From the NCBI GenBank assembly GCA_977020255.1, contig CDROCS010001089.1, positions 124,001-188,000 on the forward strand: a stretch of DNA of 64,000 bases, in the 5' to 3' direction. The position numbers and the translations under genes are program-made. Each line of letters starts with the position of its first letter. Position 1 is the first letter of the stretch. Under the pieces are notes generated by a model. The model ran no database searches. It saw nothing but the letters and a program-made list of their open reading frames with translations, and had not been told where the DNA came from. The DNA comes from Obrimoposthia wandeli (lineage: Eukaryota). Positions 10,646-20,599 of the stretch are shown one piece after another.

Positions 10646-11584
10646 TCAGTTTGTAAAGCTCGCATTACCCTTTGCTGTTGTGAGCTTTTGTGCTATCACT
10701 TTGCCTTGAGTATTCAATAACTGCAAAGTGACATTCGCCTGTGCTTGAGCTGTCGCTAAACTATTTACTTGCACCTCTGCGCTATCGGTATATAGACGCA
10801 AATGAATGCCTAAATCACTAATCGCAAACCATGTAGAAGGATAAGAATATTTATATTCACCTGCTTTGCGCATTATGGCCAAATACACACCTTGCTGTTG
10901 TAAAGGCGCAATGTCTTTTACTGGTAAATAACTAGTAGCGGTTTGATTACGCTTGAGCTTTAAATCAAACCGAGCGGTATAAACCAGCTCAAGCTGATCA
11001 ATGAAAGACTCTATCTGCCAAAACTCTTGCTGCCCACGGCGGGTATTATTGGTCAAAAATGAAACTAATAGCGCCTGAGGAATACGATAAAAATCAACAT
11101 CAACTTCCCCTGCATTAACGGATAGAACGGGTAAACCATCGGTAAGTGAATCAGCCAGTAAATTACCGCTTCCTGCAAAGCCTAACATAGGCGTTATGGC
11201 AGCAACCTTGATCTTAGTCGATTGCCCTTTTGCCAATAATTGCCAATTAGCTAGTGGCAAACCCTTTTTAACATCAACAATATAGCTTTGCTCGGGCTCG
11301 ATATTGGTAAAATAAAGAGTTTTTCCTTTTTCATCTAATATCCAACTGCCAGTAACACGTTCACCCGCTGTTGTTTCAATGCTTAGCCATTGATCTAAAT
11401 TAACGTCATTTTTTAACGCTGTAGAAAAAGTGATCGCCGCTGCAATTTGCCCTTCAATACTTTGCACACTAATATCAAGCACACGGCTCCCTTCGTTACT
11501 AGCCACGCCAGCATCTGCTGAGTTATAGGTAAAGTTTACTATCAAAAATAATGAGCAAATAAAGATTGCCGATATGAGTTTCAT
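10646..11584 (-). pseudogene. yfhM: Bacterial alpha-2-macroglobulin, N-terminal part (stops prematurely)
   Basis: Signal peptide, then MG-domain-like LPVLSVN..VDVDFYRI, GVYLAIM..AG.Y and SDLGIHLR. It ends ...GNASFTN-TGA out of frame with the C-terminal part. Confidence 0.78.
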
Positions 11585-11898
11585 AAGATGTCCATCCCTG
11601 TTCTATAATATTAACTGTGCATGAAAACTTTAGCGCTATTTATGATACTCCATCTGCAAACCACTTACTGCAACAGCTCCTTTCGTTGCGCAATATATAT
11701 TCATACTGAGCACCTTTACAACTCTATAAACAAATCCTAGTTTGATTTTAATAATACAGTTGCATGCTCGAAGGAGTGCTGGATACATAGCAACATGATC
11801 TTTTTTGAAACTGTAATTTAACCGATCTACTGCCCTTCATTTTTTTATAGCTTTTTGAGCATACCACTTGTTAGTAGGCATTTTTTTGCTCGGCTTTG

Positions 11899-12318
11899 TT
11901 AACAGCTTTCATGCTCAAGATAGCCTTCTAATCTACTTATAAGAACAGGTATTGATTCTTTATCCGATAAATACTCTTGAATTGTCATGAATTTCCAGTA
12001 CTGTCCCTCATTGCCAAAAGCGATACCACTAACTTCTTTTTTCTCACCTTTAGCCACGAAAAAGAAAGAGTATCCATTGGTGCTGTGATTGACTACTTTC
12101 TTCTTATAGATAAATCTTGATGCTGGAAAAGTAATGGAGAATTCTTCTTTTAGCTCCCGCAGCACACATTGTTCAGGAGATTCATTATTTTCTCGGCCAC
12201 CTCCAGGGAAATCCCAGAGCCCTGGAAATGGTATCTCTGTAAAGTCATCACGCTTATAAACCAATAGTGAATCATTGAATATGTAAGCAAGTTTGCATCC
12301 AGTAAAGTCGTCATTCAT
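11899..12318 (-). CDS. NUDIX hydrolase
   Basis: Nudix box GGGRENNESPEQCVLRELKEEFSI. Confidence 0.85.
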   Translation of the reverse strand: MNDDFTGCKLAYIFNDSLLVYKRDDFTEIPFPGLWDFPGGGRENNESPEQCVLRELKEEFSITFPASRFIYKKKVVNHSTNGYSFFFVAKGEKKEVSGIAFGNEGQYWKFMTIQEYLSDKESIPVLISRLEGYLEHESC

Positions 12319-12410
12319 TTGAAATGCCCTCGCTACACTTTAAGGCCAACACCCAATAATAGGTAAAAGGTGTTTACTGAATATTGAAGGGCTAAAACAA
12401 TAAGCTGTTG

Positions 12411-12896
12411 TTAATCTTGCCTTATTACCTTATTCGCTTCGTTTAACTGGTGTTGACTAAAAACTTTAATCCCGTTACTGGTTAATAATGCAGCAGTGAC
12501 TCCAGCGCCATCGATTTTGCTTCCCGAAAAATCGCCATTATAGATTGATGAGCTTCCACACGAAGGACTAAACTCGGCCAGTACAGCCACATCAATTTCA
12601 TTTATTTTACACAGTGCCAATGCGTTATTCGCACCCCGTATAAAGCTGTCAGTGACTATATTGCCATTATTCTCAATTACCGATATTTTTTCTGAAAGTA
12701 CATCGTACCCATCACCGCCCTTTATTTCAGCGGGGAGCCTTGGAATGCTCATTCCAGAGCTTACCTCTGGGCAGATGGAAATAACTCTACCCTCATCTAT
12801 CCACTCTTGAAGAATACTGCTAGAGGTGAGTAAAGATTGGCCATCATAGCGAACTTTATCACCTAACAAACAGGCGCTAATTAGTACTTTTTTCAC
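12411..12896 (-). CDS. DUF523 / 2-thiouracil desulfurase-like Fe-S protein
   Basis: ISACLLG..VRYDG, CPEV and SPSCG motifs. Confidence 0.8.
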   Translation of the reverse strand: MKKVLISACLLGDKVRYDGQSLLTSSSILQEWIDEGRVISICPEVSSGMSIPRLPAEIKGGDGYDVLSEKISVIENNGNIVTDSFIRGANNALALCKINEIDVAVLAEFSPSCGSSSIYNGDFSGSKIDGAGVTAALLTSNGIKVFSQHQLNEANKVIRQD

Positions 12897-13043
12897 TTGC
12901 TACTCTCGATTTATTGCGCGACCTGACGCCATTATTAATTGATCAGATTACTCTTTTTGGTGTGCGCCCAGCATATCTATGGACTATTGAGGTAAAAGTT
13001 CTCTTTAGGAAAATCACCGTTTATTAACATACTGTTATTAAAC

Positions 13044-13140
13044 GTTAACGCCTTGGGAATGGCAAGAGTCTGATCGTCAAACCTTGCCTGAAGGAAGAAA
13101 TAAAAAAAAGCGTTTCTGTTCTCAACCAAGGCGAATTATT
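13044..13140 (-). other. Degenerate attC-like hairpin
   Basis: Inverted arms CGCCTTGG / CCAAGGCG about 80 bp apart. The minus-strand right end is GGCGTTAAC and there is an inner GGCAAG/CTTGCC stem. The core sites are imperfect. Confidence 0.3.
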
Positions 13141-13202
13141 AAACAAAAGCAGCTGATGGGCCGAAAGCTTGGTGCCTATGTCATAGACAACGAAACCATG
13201 TT

Positions 13203-13277
13203 ATTTAACGCCCGCCGCAAATAATGGTGCGCACAGTAAAGTTTATGCCCTTTTTCTGCGCGATGGTTGGATTAAAT
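13203..13277 (-). other. Degenerate attC-like site
   Basis: The minus strand ends GCGGCGGGCGTTAAAT (GTTRRRY core) with an inner GCGCAG/CTGTGCGC stem, and an ATTTAAT pseudo-R'' lies upstream. Confidence 0.35.
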
Positions 13278-13359
13278 TTTACCTTTCTAAGTGGCTCTCT
13301 CTATGCGGACCTCATACAAGGTATCGTGGAAGCCAGGGTTAGAAGGCTTAGCTAACCGG

Positions 13360-14253
13360 CTAATTTGTTATTGCACCGTTCTCTTTTAAGTACTCTATGA
13401 CTGCTTGGTTCTTTCCATAGTGCGCCCATTTAAGAGGGGTTTCTCCCCGGCGACATTGCGCATTCACCTTGGCTCCGGAGTGAAGCATGAACTTAATCAT
13501 TTGAACCGTGCCATCTTGTGCTAGGAAATGTAATGCTGTGCATTTATCCTCAGCAGCATAGTTTATATCCACCCCTTGAGTGACTAAGTATTTTACTACT
13601 TCTATTTCTTCGGTTATAGCACCGCCGAGTATCGAATTGTCAATAGCGTTTCTAGGAGCTCTATTGCTATCAACAATTGCTTTTATCGCCTCTAAATGCG
13701 CGATACGAGCAGCAACATATAAAGCTTCTTTATATTCGAGAGCCTGATACACAGGCCCTTTATCTACTATTAATTTAACAAGAGCATAGTTATCGTTATA
13801 GATGGCTTTAAAAAGCGAGCCAGGCTTTAGTTTTGCTCCATTGTTAAGCAGTAACCGAACCGTTCTAGAAAAGCCTTTTTCAATAGCTTTTTCGATATAA
13901 CTATCTAACTGGCCGCTTTCAAACTTAACATTTACATTTAATTTCAAGAGCGTAGTGACTAAACCAAAGTTGTTCTTGCTGCTAGCATGTCTGATTAATT
14001 CTTTAAAATCAGCGTCGGATATTTCGTCAAAAAAACCTGCATTACTAAAAATAAAAGCACCATCACTATTTAAATCACTAGTCGTTTCTAGCAACCCCGA
14101 TAGGTCATAGGTAAGGCTTCTATTGCTTATCTCTTCAAGAGCTAAGCTTCGTTCATCAAAATCTGAACAACCGCTGATGATAACAATACAAATAAGTGCA
14201 ATGATTTTTTTATACAACACTGAATAATCCAAGAAGACAAACACTACTGGCAA
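13360..14253 (-). CDS. Ankyrin-repeat lipoprotein
   Basis: Lipobox-like IISGC and ankyrin repeats (TALHFLA..G..MIKFMLHSGAKVN, GETPLKWA). The true start may be slightly downstream. Confidence 0.75.
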   Translation of the reverse strand: MPVVFVFLDYSVLYKKIIALICIVIISGCSDFDERSLALEEISNRSLTYDLSGLLETTSDLNSDGAFIFSNAGFFDEISDADFKELIRHASSKNNFGLVTTLLKLNVNVKFESGQLDSYIEKAIEKGFSRTVRLLLNNGAKLKPGSLFKAIYNDNYALVKLIVDKGPVYQALEYKEALYVAARIAHLEAIKAIVDSNRAPRNAIDNSILGGAITEEIEVVKYLVTQGVDINYAAEDKCTALHFLAQDGTVQMIKFMLHSGAKVNAQCRRGETPLKWAHYGKNQAVIEYLKENGAITN

Positions 14254-14303
14254 TACCGGTGCAAACCGGGCGAAGATTCATGATGGTAATTAGTCTTGTA
14301 GTT

Positions 14304-14924
14304 TTAAATTTTGCGCTCAATGAGCAGGCTAATACCTATTGAACCAATAATAAATGCACAGCAGCGATTAAAGGTTTTTCGCATATTAGGTTTCGAAAAC
14401 CAGCTACGCAGATAGACGCCGAAAATAGCATAGATGCAAATTGCCAATAATTCTAAGCATAAAAAAACGGCACCTAAAATGAAGAATTGATAACTTGCAT
14501 TTTGAGTGGAGTCAATAAACTGTGGAAGAAACGCTGTAAAAATTAAAATAGCTTTGGGATTGCCTGCCGCTAACAAAAACTCCTGCTTGGCAAGTTGATA
14601 AATACTGTTGTGGTATTGCTCTTGCTCTTCGATTTCTGCAACTTTAGCGTTCCATAAGTTAAAAGCAACCCAAAACAAATAGCCAGCACCTACAACCTTG
14701 ATGGTTAAGAAAATAGTTTGTGATGCATATAGAATCGTCGCTAAACCCGTTGCAGCTAGCATAAGCATTACCACAAATGCGCTAACCCTTCCTAGGCCCG
14801 CACCAACAGCATGCTTAAAGCCATAACGTTGCCCATTAGCCATAGATAGTAAATTATTTGGTCCCGGTAGCATGTTTAAAGCAAAACATGCGGGTATAAA
14901 TAGAGATAGCATGAAGAAGTTCAT
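14304..14924 (-). CDS. LysE/RhtB family translocator
   Basis: PGPNN motif, GAGYLFW and GNPKA; the protein is hydrophobic. Confidence 0.88.
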   Translation of the reverse strand: MNFFMLSLFIPACFALNMLPGPNNLLSMANGQRYGFKHAVGAGLGRVSAFVVMLMLAATGLATILYASQTIFLTIKVVGAGYLFWVAFNLWNAKVAEIEEQEQYHNSIYQLAKQEFLLAAGNPKAILIFTAFLPQFIDSTQNASYQFFILGAVFLCLELLAICIYAIFGVYLRSWFSKPNMRKTFNRCCAFIIGSIGISLLIERKI

Positions 14925-15110
14925 CTGTAAAATGATCCTGTAAAATTAACGAGGCTGTATAATTTCTTAATCTCTAGCCACTTATTTAAATCTGTGAGCT
15001 ACGATATTCCACATCGACTCAAGATTCAATAACGAATGAATTAAAGTAATTCAAAAAGGCTGTGCCGTAAAGCTTACATCTAACGCAAAAGTACTAATTC
15101 CTAAACGTAA

Positions 15111-15242
15111 TTATGCATCGAGTTCCAAACTATTGGTAAGGAGATCTAGAGTTACTTTTAACTGTTTCTTTCGGTTCATATAGATGAGTTTGATACCACA
15201 AAAAATGGCGGATCCTGAATGGACTGACTTAATGTTCGTCAT
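15111..15242 (-). mobile_element. IS6-family transposase C-terminal remnant (highly decayed)
   Basis: MTNIKSVHSGSAIFCGIKLIYMNRKKQL resembles the IS6 tail seen at 16797 (MNFKAFHSACATLSGIELAHMIRKKQF). Confidence 0.4.
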
Positions 15243-15368
15243 CCTCTTAATGAAATAAGTAAGGAATAGCAGGACTAACCCGTCTAATTACACATTGCTC
15301 ACTCTGTTTTTAATAAGAAAGAAAAACTTCCTTCAACAAACTTGGTTCATGAGTCGATAACAGCGAAG

Positions 15369-15622
15369 CCTGGCGTCGCAACGTTTCGTTGATTCATACA
15401 TAATCTCTGATTTTTGTACGAGCTCATTCAAATGCATGCATTATCTGAAGCACATTATCTTTTTCACCGTATTTTTTTGTACTAGATATGGCGTTTATTA
15501 TCGAATTTTAGAGAATATTATGAAAGAAAGAGGCGTTAATTGTAAATAATGCGACGAATAGGCGCTGGACTAAAGTCTATTACAAATTCAAATAAATCGA
15601 GCGTAAATTTTGCGACGGAATC
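15369..15622 (+). mobile_element. IS6-family 5' remnant with IR-like ends
   Basis: Degenerate IR GGCGTCGCAACGTT, then KHIIFFTVFFCTRYGVYYRILENIMKERGVN (IS6 transposase N-terminus-like), then IR-like AATTTTGCGACGGAATC. Confidence 0.5.
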
Positions 15623-15923
15623 GATAATTGTGCCTAGCTCCTGTATTGCTGCACGCAAGATAGATTCTTGACAGAGCCCATTAGCATCTTAGCCACATAA
15701 CATGTGTGCAATGGATTGCATGACTCCTGCTGTCGCAGCTTCGAGGCTATCACCTTTAAGAACCATTAACACACGGTTTTCTATGACACGCATGTTAGTA
15801 AAAATTAACTGTTTTCCTGCAAAGGCTTAGGTTAATTTTGCTCTTTTTTTAAGCGACCCAACAATCACTATAGTTGTCGGTTTTTTTAACTAACTTCTAA
15901 AGCTCCTTACTTTCAAGGACATT

Positions 15924-16745
15924 TTACTTTGAAGGCCACTTCCCGCCAATAAAATCAGTTATCAGCATTGCTGTCTGCTTAACTTTTTCACCTAGTAATA
16001 GTACCCTATGATCATCAATACGCGCCAAAGGACCCGATACAGATATTGCCGCTAGCGGGTAACTTTTTTCATCGTATAAACAAGCAGCAACGCAACGCAA
16101 ACCAATTGCATGCTCTTGATCATCAAGTGCCCATTGCTGCTCTGCTGTTTGAGATAGAATTTGTGTAAGCTCATCTTTACAGGTTACCGTCCAAGGGGTA
16201 TTGCTTTGCAAAGTTAATTGTGCCACTTGCTGATCACGCTCAATCTGTGGCAGCGCCGCCATAATCGCTTTACCGACTCCTGAAGCATGCAAAGGTGAAC
16301 AGCTACCTAAAGGCACCATCATCCGCATCATCTCACTACACTGCTGTTGTGCAATGATCAATGCCTGCCCATTTTGTAGAATTGATAAATTTGACGTTTC
16401 ACCTACCTCAGCGACTAATTCCTGCATAAAAGACTCTGACTGTCTAACAAAGTCGCGGCTCGCTAAAAAAGCGTTTCCTATTTTAAAACCCGTAGTGCCG
16501 ATAAACCATAGCTCTTGCGCAGGCTCCCTTCTTACAAATCCCTGCCCTTCTAGGGTATTAAGTAGTCTGTGTGTAGTAGAGGCAGGTAAATCTAATTGCT
16601 TTGCTAAATCTGTGAGTAAAATTCCTGATTGCGCATCTGCTATCTTTTCTAACAGCGCTAAACCACGATACAACGACTGAACTTGGCCGCTGTTTTTTTT
16701 GTTTATAACAGGGCGTCCTGGGCGTGCTTTATTTTTTTGAATCAA
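15924..16745 (-). CDS. iclR: IclR-family transcriptional regulator (IclR/BhcR-like, glyoxylate-sensing type)
   Basis: GQVQSLYRGLALLE..LPASTTHRLL HTH, SGVGKA and DDQEHAIGLRCVAA, close to E. coli IclR as I recall it. Confidence 0.7.
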   Translation of the reverse strand: MIQKNKARPGRPVINKKNSGQVQSLYRGLALLEKIADAQSGILLTDLAKQLDLPASTTHRLLNTLEGQGFVRREPAQELWFIGTTGFKIGNAFLASRDFVRQSESFMQELVAEVGETSNLSILQNGQALIIAQQQCSEMMRMMVPLGSCSPLHASGVGKAIMAALPQIERDQQVAQLTLQSNTPWTVTCKDELTQILSQTAEQQWALDDQEHAIGLRCVAACLYDEKSYPLAAISVSGPLARIDDHRVLLLGEKVKQTAMLITDFIGGKWPSK

Positions 16746-16792
16746 AATGTAAACTACTTAATTAAACAATTAAAATACTAATTTAACACTTA

Positions 16793-17107
16793 GAAAATGA
16801 ACATCAATACACTGCTATTTTTCTTTGGTGCCACGTGCTTTATCGATATATTAGGAGTGAAGTATTTAAATTATATAATCGAACAAGGTCACCGTTTCAT
16901 CAAGAAAATAACGAAGCCGATGATGAATTTTAAAGCATTTCATTCTGCCTGTGCGACGTTATCTGGGATAGAATTGGCTCATATGATTCGAAAGAAGCAG
17001 TTCAAAAACACAGATCTCTCGGATTATCATCAATTCCTAGAACTTGTCGCATAATCACGTCTAGAGTTTAGTGCTCTTAGCTTAAATTTAAACTTTGCGA
17101 CACAACC
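16793..17107 (+). mobile_element. IS6-family transposase 3' fragment with right inverted repeat
   Basis: VKYLNYIIEQGHRFIKKITKPMMNFKAFHSA..GIELAHMIRK, followed by terminal AACTTTGCGACACAACC ending at 17107. Confidence 0.85.
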
Positions 17108-17109
17108 TG

Positions 17110-18012
17110 TTAATTAAACACGACGGTTTTATTACCGTGCACCAAAATTCGATCTTCTAAGTGCGCGCGTAATCCTCTTGCTAGCACTGTTTTTTCTACA
17201 TCTTTACCTAAACGTACCAAATCTGTCACTTGCTCATTATGGGTTACACGCACCACATCTTGCTCAATAATAGGGCCTTCATCCAAATCTGCTGTCACAT
17301 AATGGCACGTAGCGCCAATTAACTTCACCCCTCGATTACTAGCTTGATGATAAGGCTTTGCACCAATAAACGCGGGCAAAAAGCTATGATGTATATTAAT
17401 CACTTTGTACTTTAATTTTTCGCAAAGTGATTCAGGTAAAATTTGCATGTAGCGTGCTAGCACCACACAATCAGCATTGTGTTGTTCTACTAAGGTTTCT
17501 ACTTCGATAAAACCTGGTGTTTTATTATCTTTTTCGATAACCACTTTGTGATAGGGAATTTGATAATATTCCACTAACCCACGCAGATCATCATGGTTGG
17601 ATATAACACAGGCGATATCACAATCAAGATCGCCACTTTTCCATCTATCGAGCAAGTCCGAAAGGCAATGGCTGCCTTTACTTGCCATGAGTACCACTTG
17701 CTTCTTTTGGCGGCTATCTTCAATACGTAAATTAAGTTCAAATTCTGCTATAATCGGTAAAAATTGCGCATATAGCACTTCTTTAGTAATACAAAGGGAA
17801 GCTGCTTGAATTTCAAAACGTGCAAAAAACCAGCAATTATCTTCATCTGAATACTGAGCAGCTTCACTAATCCAACCACCATTGCGCGCAATGATTTCAC
17901 CTACTTTTGTGACGATACCAATACGATCCGGGCAATCGAGCACGATGCGGTAACTCGATTTTGCAGAAGTTAGCACACTAGACTCTTTTTGATCATTCAT
18001 TGAGGATTTCAT
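17110..18012 (-). CDS. purU: Formyltetrahydrofolate deformylase
   Basis: N-terminal ACT domain (CPDRIGIV), SNHDDLR, LARYMQIL, INIHHSFLPAFIGAKPYHQA and DEGPIIEQ. Confidence 0.95.
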   Translation of the reverse strand: MKSSMNDQKESSVLTSAKSSYRIVLDCPDRIGIVTKVGEIIARNGGWISEAAQYSDEDNCWFFARFEIQAASLCITKEVLYAQFLPIIAEFELNLRIEDSRQKKQVVLMASKGSHCLSDLLDRWKSGDLDCDIACVISNHDDLRGLVEYYQIPYHKVVIEKDNKTPGFIEVETLVEQHNADCVVLARYMQILPESLCEKLKYKVINIHHSFLPAFIGAKPYHQASNRGVKLIGATCHYVTADLDEGPIIEQDVVRVTHNEQVTDLVRLGKDVEKTVLARGLRAHLEDRILVHGNKTVVFN

Positions 18013-18016
18013 TTCC

Positions 18017-19030
18017 TTAATCTCGTGCAGCTAACTGCTGATGTAATTCGGGTAAAGCTTCAAACAAATCGGCTGTTAAACCATAGTCTGCCACACCAAA
18101 AATGGGCGCCTCTTCATCTGTATTAATAGCCACAATCACCTTTGAATCTTTCATGCCGGCTAAATGTTGAATTGCACCTGAAATACCCACCGCAATATAA
18201 AGATCTGGTGCTACAATTTTACCGGTTTGGCCAACTTGCATATCATTGCTCACAAAGCCTGCATCCACAGCGGCTCTAGAAGCGCCAACAGCTGCACCTA
18301 AATTATCAGCAACGGCTTCTAGTAATGGAAAGTTCTCGCCACTTTGCATGCCACGTCCGCCAGATATAACAATACGTGCAGAGGCCAGCTCTGGGCGTTC
18401 TGAAATACTAAGCTGGTTTTCAATCCAACGGCTATGTCGGTTTTCAGCCAGTGCTAATGTGTTCGTATCTATCGTTTCAACAACGGTGGCTTGTGTGCCA
18501 TCAGTTACTAAATTAAAAGAAGCGCTGCGAATACTCATCACTTTAACAACATCTGCACTTTGCACTTTTGCTAACGCATTGCCTGCATAAATAGGGCGAA
18601 TAAACGTATCATCGCTCACCACTTCAATCACTTCTGATAGCTGCGAAACATTTAGCAAAGCGGCGACTCTCGGTAAAAGGTTTTTACCATTGGCTGTGGC
18701 TGGCGCTAAAATGTGACTATATTTAGCACCTTCATGCAGTTTTAACACTATTTGTGTCATATCTTCAGCGAGTTGTTGTGCTAGTGCAGCTGTTTCGATC
18801 AACAGTACATTGTCGATAACGCCACAGTTTTTTGCTTGAGTTACAACTTCAGAATCATCGCCTTGTAATCCTGCAATCAACAAAGTAATAGCAGCATTAT
18901 TATCTATACCTTCTACTGAATTCTTTTGCTGTAGCGCTGTTTTTATCTCTAATGCCGCTTGTAAAGCACTAGAGGTCACTGTATTTAGCGTATTATTACC
19001 GTGCTCTGCAATTACTAATATAGACATCAA
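18017..19030 (-). CDS. etfA: Electron transfer flavoprotein alpha subunit
   Basis: [26 protein letters not shown] and [25 protein letters not shown]. Confidence 0.95.
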   Translation of the reverse strand: MMSILVIAEHGNNTLNTVTSSALQAALEIKTALQQKNSVEGIDNNAAITLLIAGLQGDDSEVVTQAKNCGVIDNVLLIETAALAQQLAEDMTQIVLKLHEGAKYSHILAPATANGKNLLPRVAALLNVSQLSEVIEVVSDDTFIRPIYAGNALAKVQSADVVKVMSIRSASFNLVTDGTQATVVETIDTNTLALAENRHSRWIENQLSISERPELASARIVISGGRGMQSGENFPLLEAVADNLGAAVGASRAAVDAGFVSNDMQVGQTGKIVAPDLYIAVGISGAIQHLAGMKDSKVIVAINTDEEAPIFGVADYGLTADLFEALPELHQQLAARD

Positions 19031-19776
19031 ATAACTCCCGCTTCATGTTGTAATTTTTCTACCAACTCACTAACTGATGCCACTTTGATGCCAGCCGCAC
19101 GTTCGGGGGGTGCAAACACTTGCAAAGTGGTTAAACCTGTCGCTATATCCACTCCTAAAGATTCATAACTTATAGTGGTTAATGGCTTTCTTTTAGCTTT
19201 CATGATATTTGGCAATGATGCATATCTAGGTTCATTTAAGCGTAAGTCAGCGGTAATAATTGCGGGCAATGCCAATTCAAGCTGTTGTAATCCACCATCT
19301 ATTTCACGGGTTACTTTAATGCTGTCGCCTTCTATTTCAAGTTTAGAAGCAAAAGTACCTTGCGCCATATTAGTTAATGCAGCCAGCATTTGCCCGGTTT
19401 GATTATTGTCAGCATCAATAGATTGCTTACCTAAAATAACTAGCTTCGGCTGCTCTTGTGTCACTACTTGTGCCAGTAACTTTGCTATTGCTAACGGCTC
19501 AAGGCTATCAGGCGCTTCAACTTGCAACGCACTATCAGCACCTAAAGCCAACGCGGTACGCAATTGTTCTTGGCAGGCATTAGATCCAACACTTACTACT
19601 AAAACGTGTGATGCAATGCCACTTTCTTTTAAGCGCACCGCTTCTTCAACCGCTATTTCATCAAAAGGGTTTATCGCCATTTTAATATTGGTCAGTTCTA
19701 CATCACTTTGATCTGCTTTAATTCGGACTTTTACGTTTGCATCAACAACACGTTTAATCGCTACCAGTATTTTCAT
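19027..19776 (-). CDS. etfB: Electron transfer flavoprotein beta subunit
   Basis: [26 protein letters not shown] and [15 protein letters not shown]; overlaps the etfA start. Confidence 0.95.
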   Translation of the reverse strand: MKILVAIKRVVDANVKVRIKADQSDVELTNIKMAINPFDEIAVEEAVRLKESGIASHVLVVSVGSNACQEQLRTALALGADSALQVEAPDSLEPLAIAKLLAQVVTQEQPKLVILGKQSIDADNNQTGQMLAALTNMAQGTFASKLEIEGDSIKVTREIDGGLQQLELALPAIITADLRLNEPRYASLPNIMKAKRKPLTTISYESLGVDIATGLTTLQVFAPPERAAGIKVASVSELVEKLQHEAGVI

Positions 19777-19928
19777 CTTATCCTCGGGCTAGTCGCTGCA
19801 ATAATGAGGGGGTAAAATAAAGCAGTTTTGCTACCTTGTAAATGGAATTTATTTAAATTATTTCATTTAAATGAATTTTATACATTTAAATATGCTTAAT
19901 GGCACCAGTTAACCAGTGTACATAAAGT

Positions 19929-20360
19929 GGTTGTGTCGCAAAGTTTTGCTATCGGTCGCAAAGCATGGCTCTTTGCCGATACTCCACATGGCGCAAGAGC
20001 AAGTACCACCTGTTACTCTTTGATCAAGACCGCCAAGGCTAATGACATAGACCCATATGCCTACATTAAATATATGCTCGATCATATCGCCGACGCGGAC
20101 ACACCAGCAGAACTGGATGCGTTGATGCCTTGGAACACACCTTTGGCAAGAATTAAATAAAGTTACTAGGGTCAAGATACCGATATAACATCGCGTACGT
20201 ATCAGCTACAAGGTTCTTCAAGAGTAATGGAATGCCTGAAAAAGTTGTCATTGATAAAAATGATGCTAACTATGCAGGTTTGATGAACATCAATACACTG
20301 CTATTTTTCTTTGGTGCCACGTGCTTTATCGATATATTACGAGTGAAGTATTTATTTAAT
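19929..20360 (+). mobile_element. IS6-family remnant (IR plus mid-transposase fragment) interrupted by an IS66 fragment
   Basis: GGTTGTGTCGCAAAGTT at 19929 is the exact inverse of the IR ending at 17107. After 20200 the frame reads FFKSNGMPEKVVIDKNDANYAGLMNINTLL, with about 70 bp nearly identical to the 16797 copy. Confidence 0.8.
19945..20198 (+). mobile_element. IS66-family TnpC C-terminal fragment and right end
   Basis: FAIGRKAWLFADTPHGARAS..YSLIKTAKANDIDPYAY..LDALMPWN, the IS66 C-terminal element. The end reads GTACGCG on the minus strand. Confidence 0.8.
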
Positions 20361-20599
20361 ATTTTCATAGTATTGAAAAATATGCATCTAAGAATATATA
20401 TTCTTGATTTAATTAGATTTTTTAAAACATTCAATTTCCAAAATTATGCTAAAACCTCATATTTTTGATATAAAAAACTTCAACAATTAGCATTATTTTA
20501 TGTAATGTTCACATTTAAAAATAAATTTACTTGTGTAATAGTTCATTCAAAGGCATTCTAATGAAAAAACATAATATAATTTCATATAGGTGAATATAA

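Noticed and set aside
15625-15900. Possible decayed ORF downstream of iclR (KKPTTIVIVGSLKK...)
   Set aside because: It has in-frame stops and I could not recognise a family, so there is not enough to call a pseudogene.
20232-20468. 78-aa ORF as a real gene
   Set aside because: It is an IS6 transposase fragment running into unrelated AT-rich sequence.
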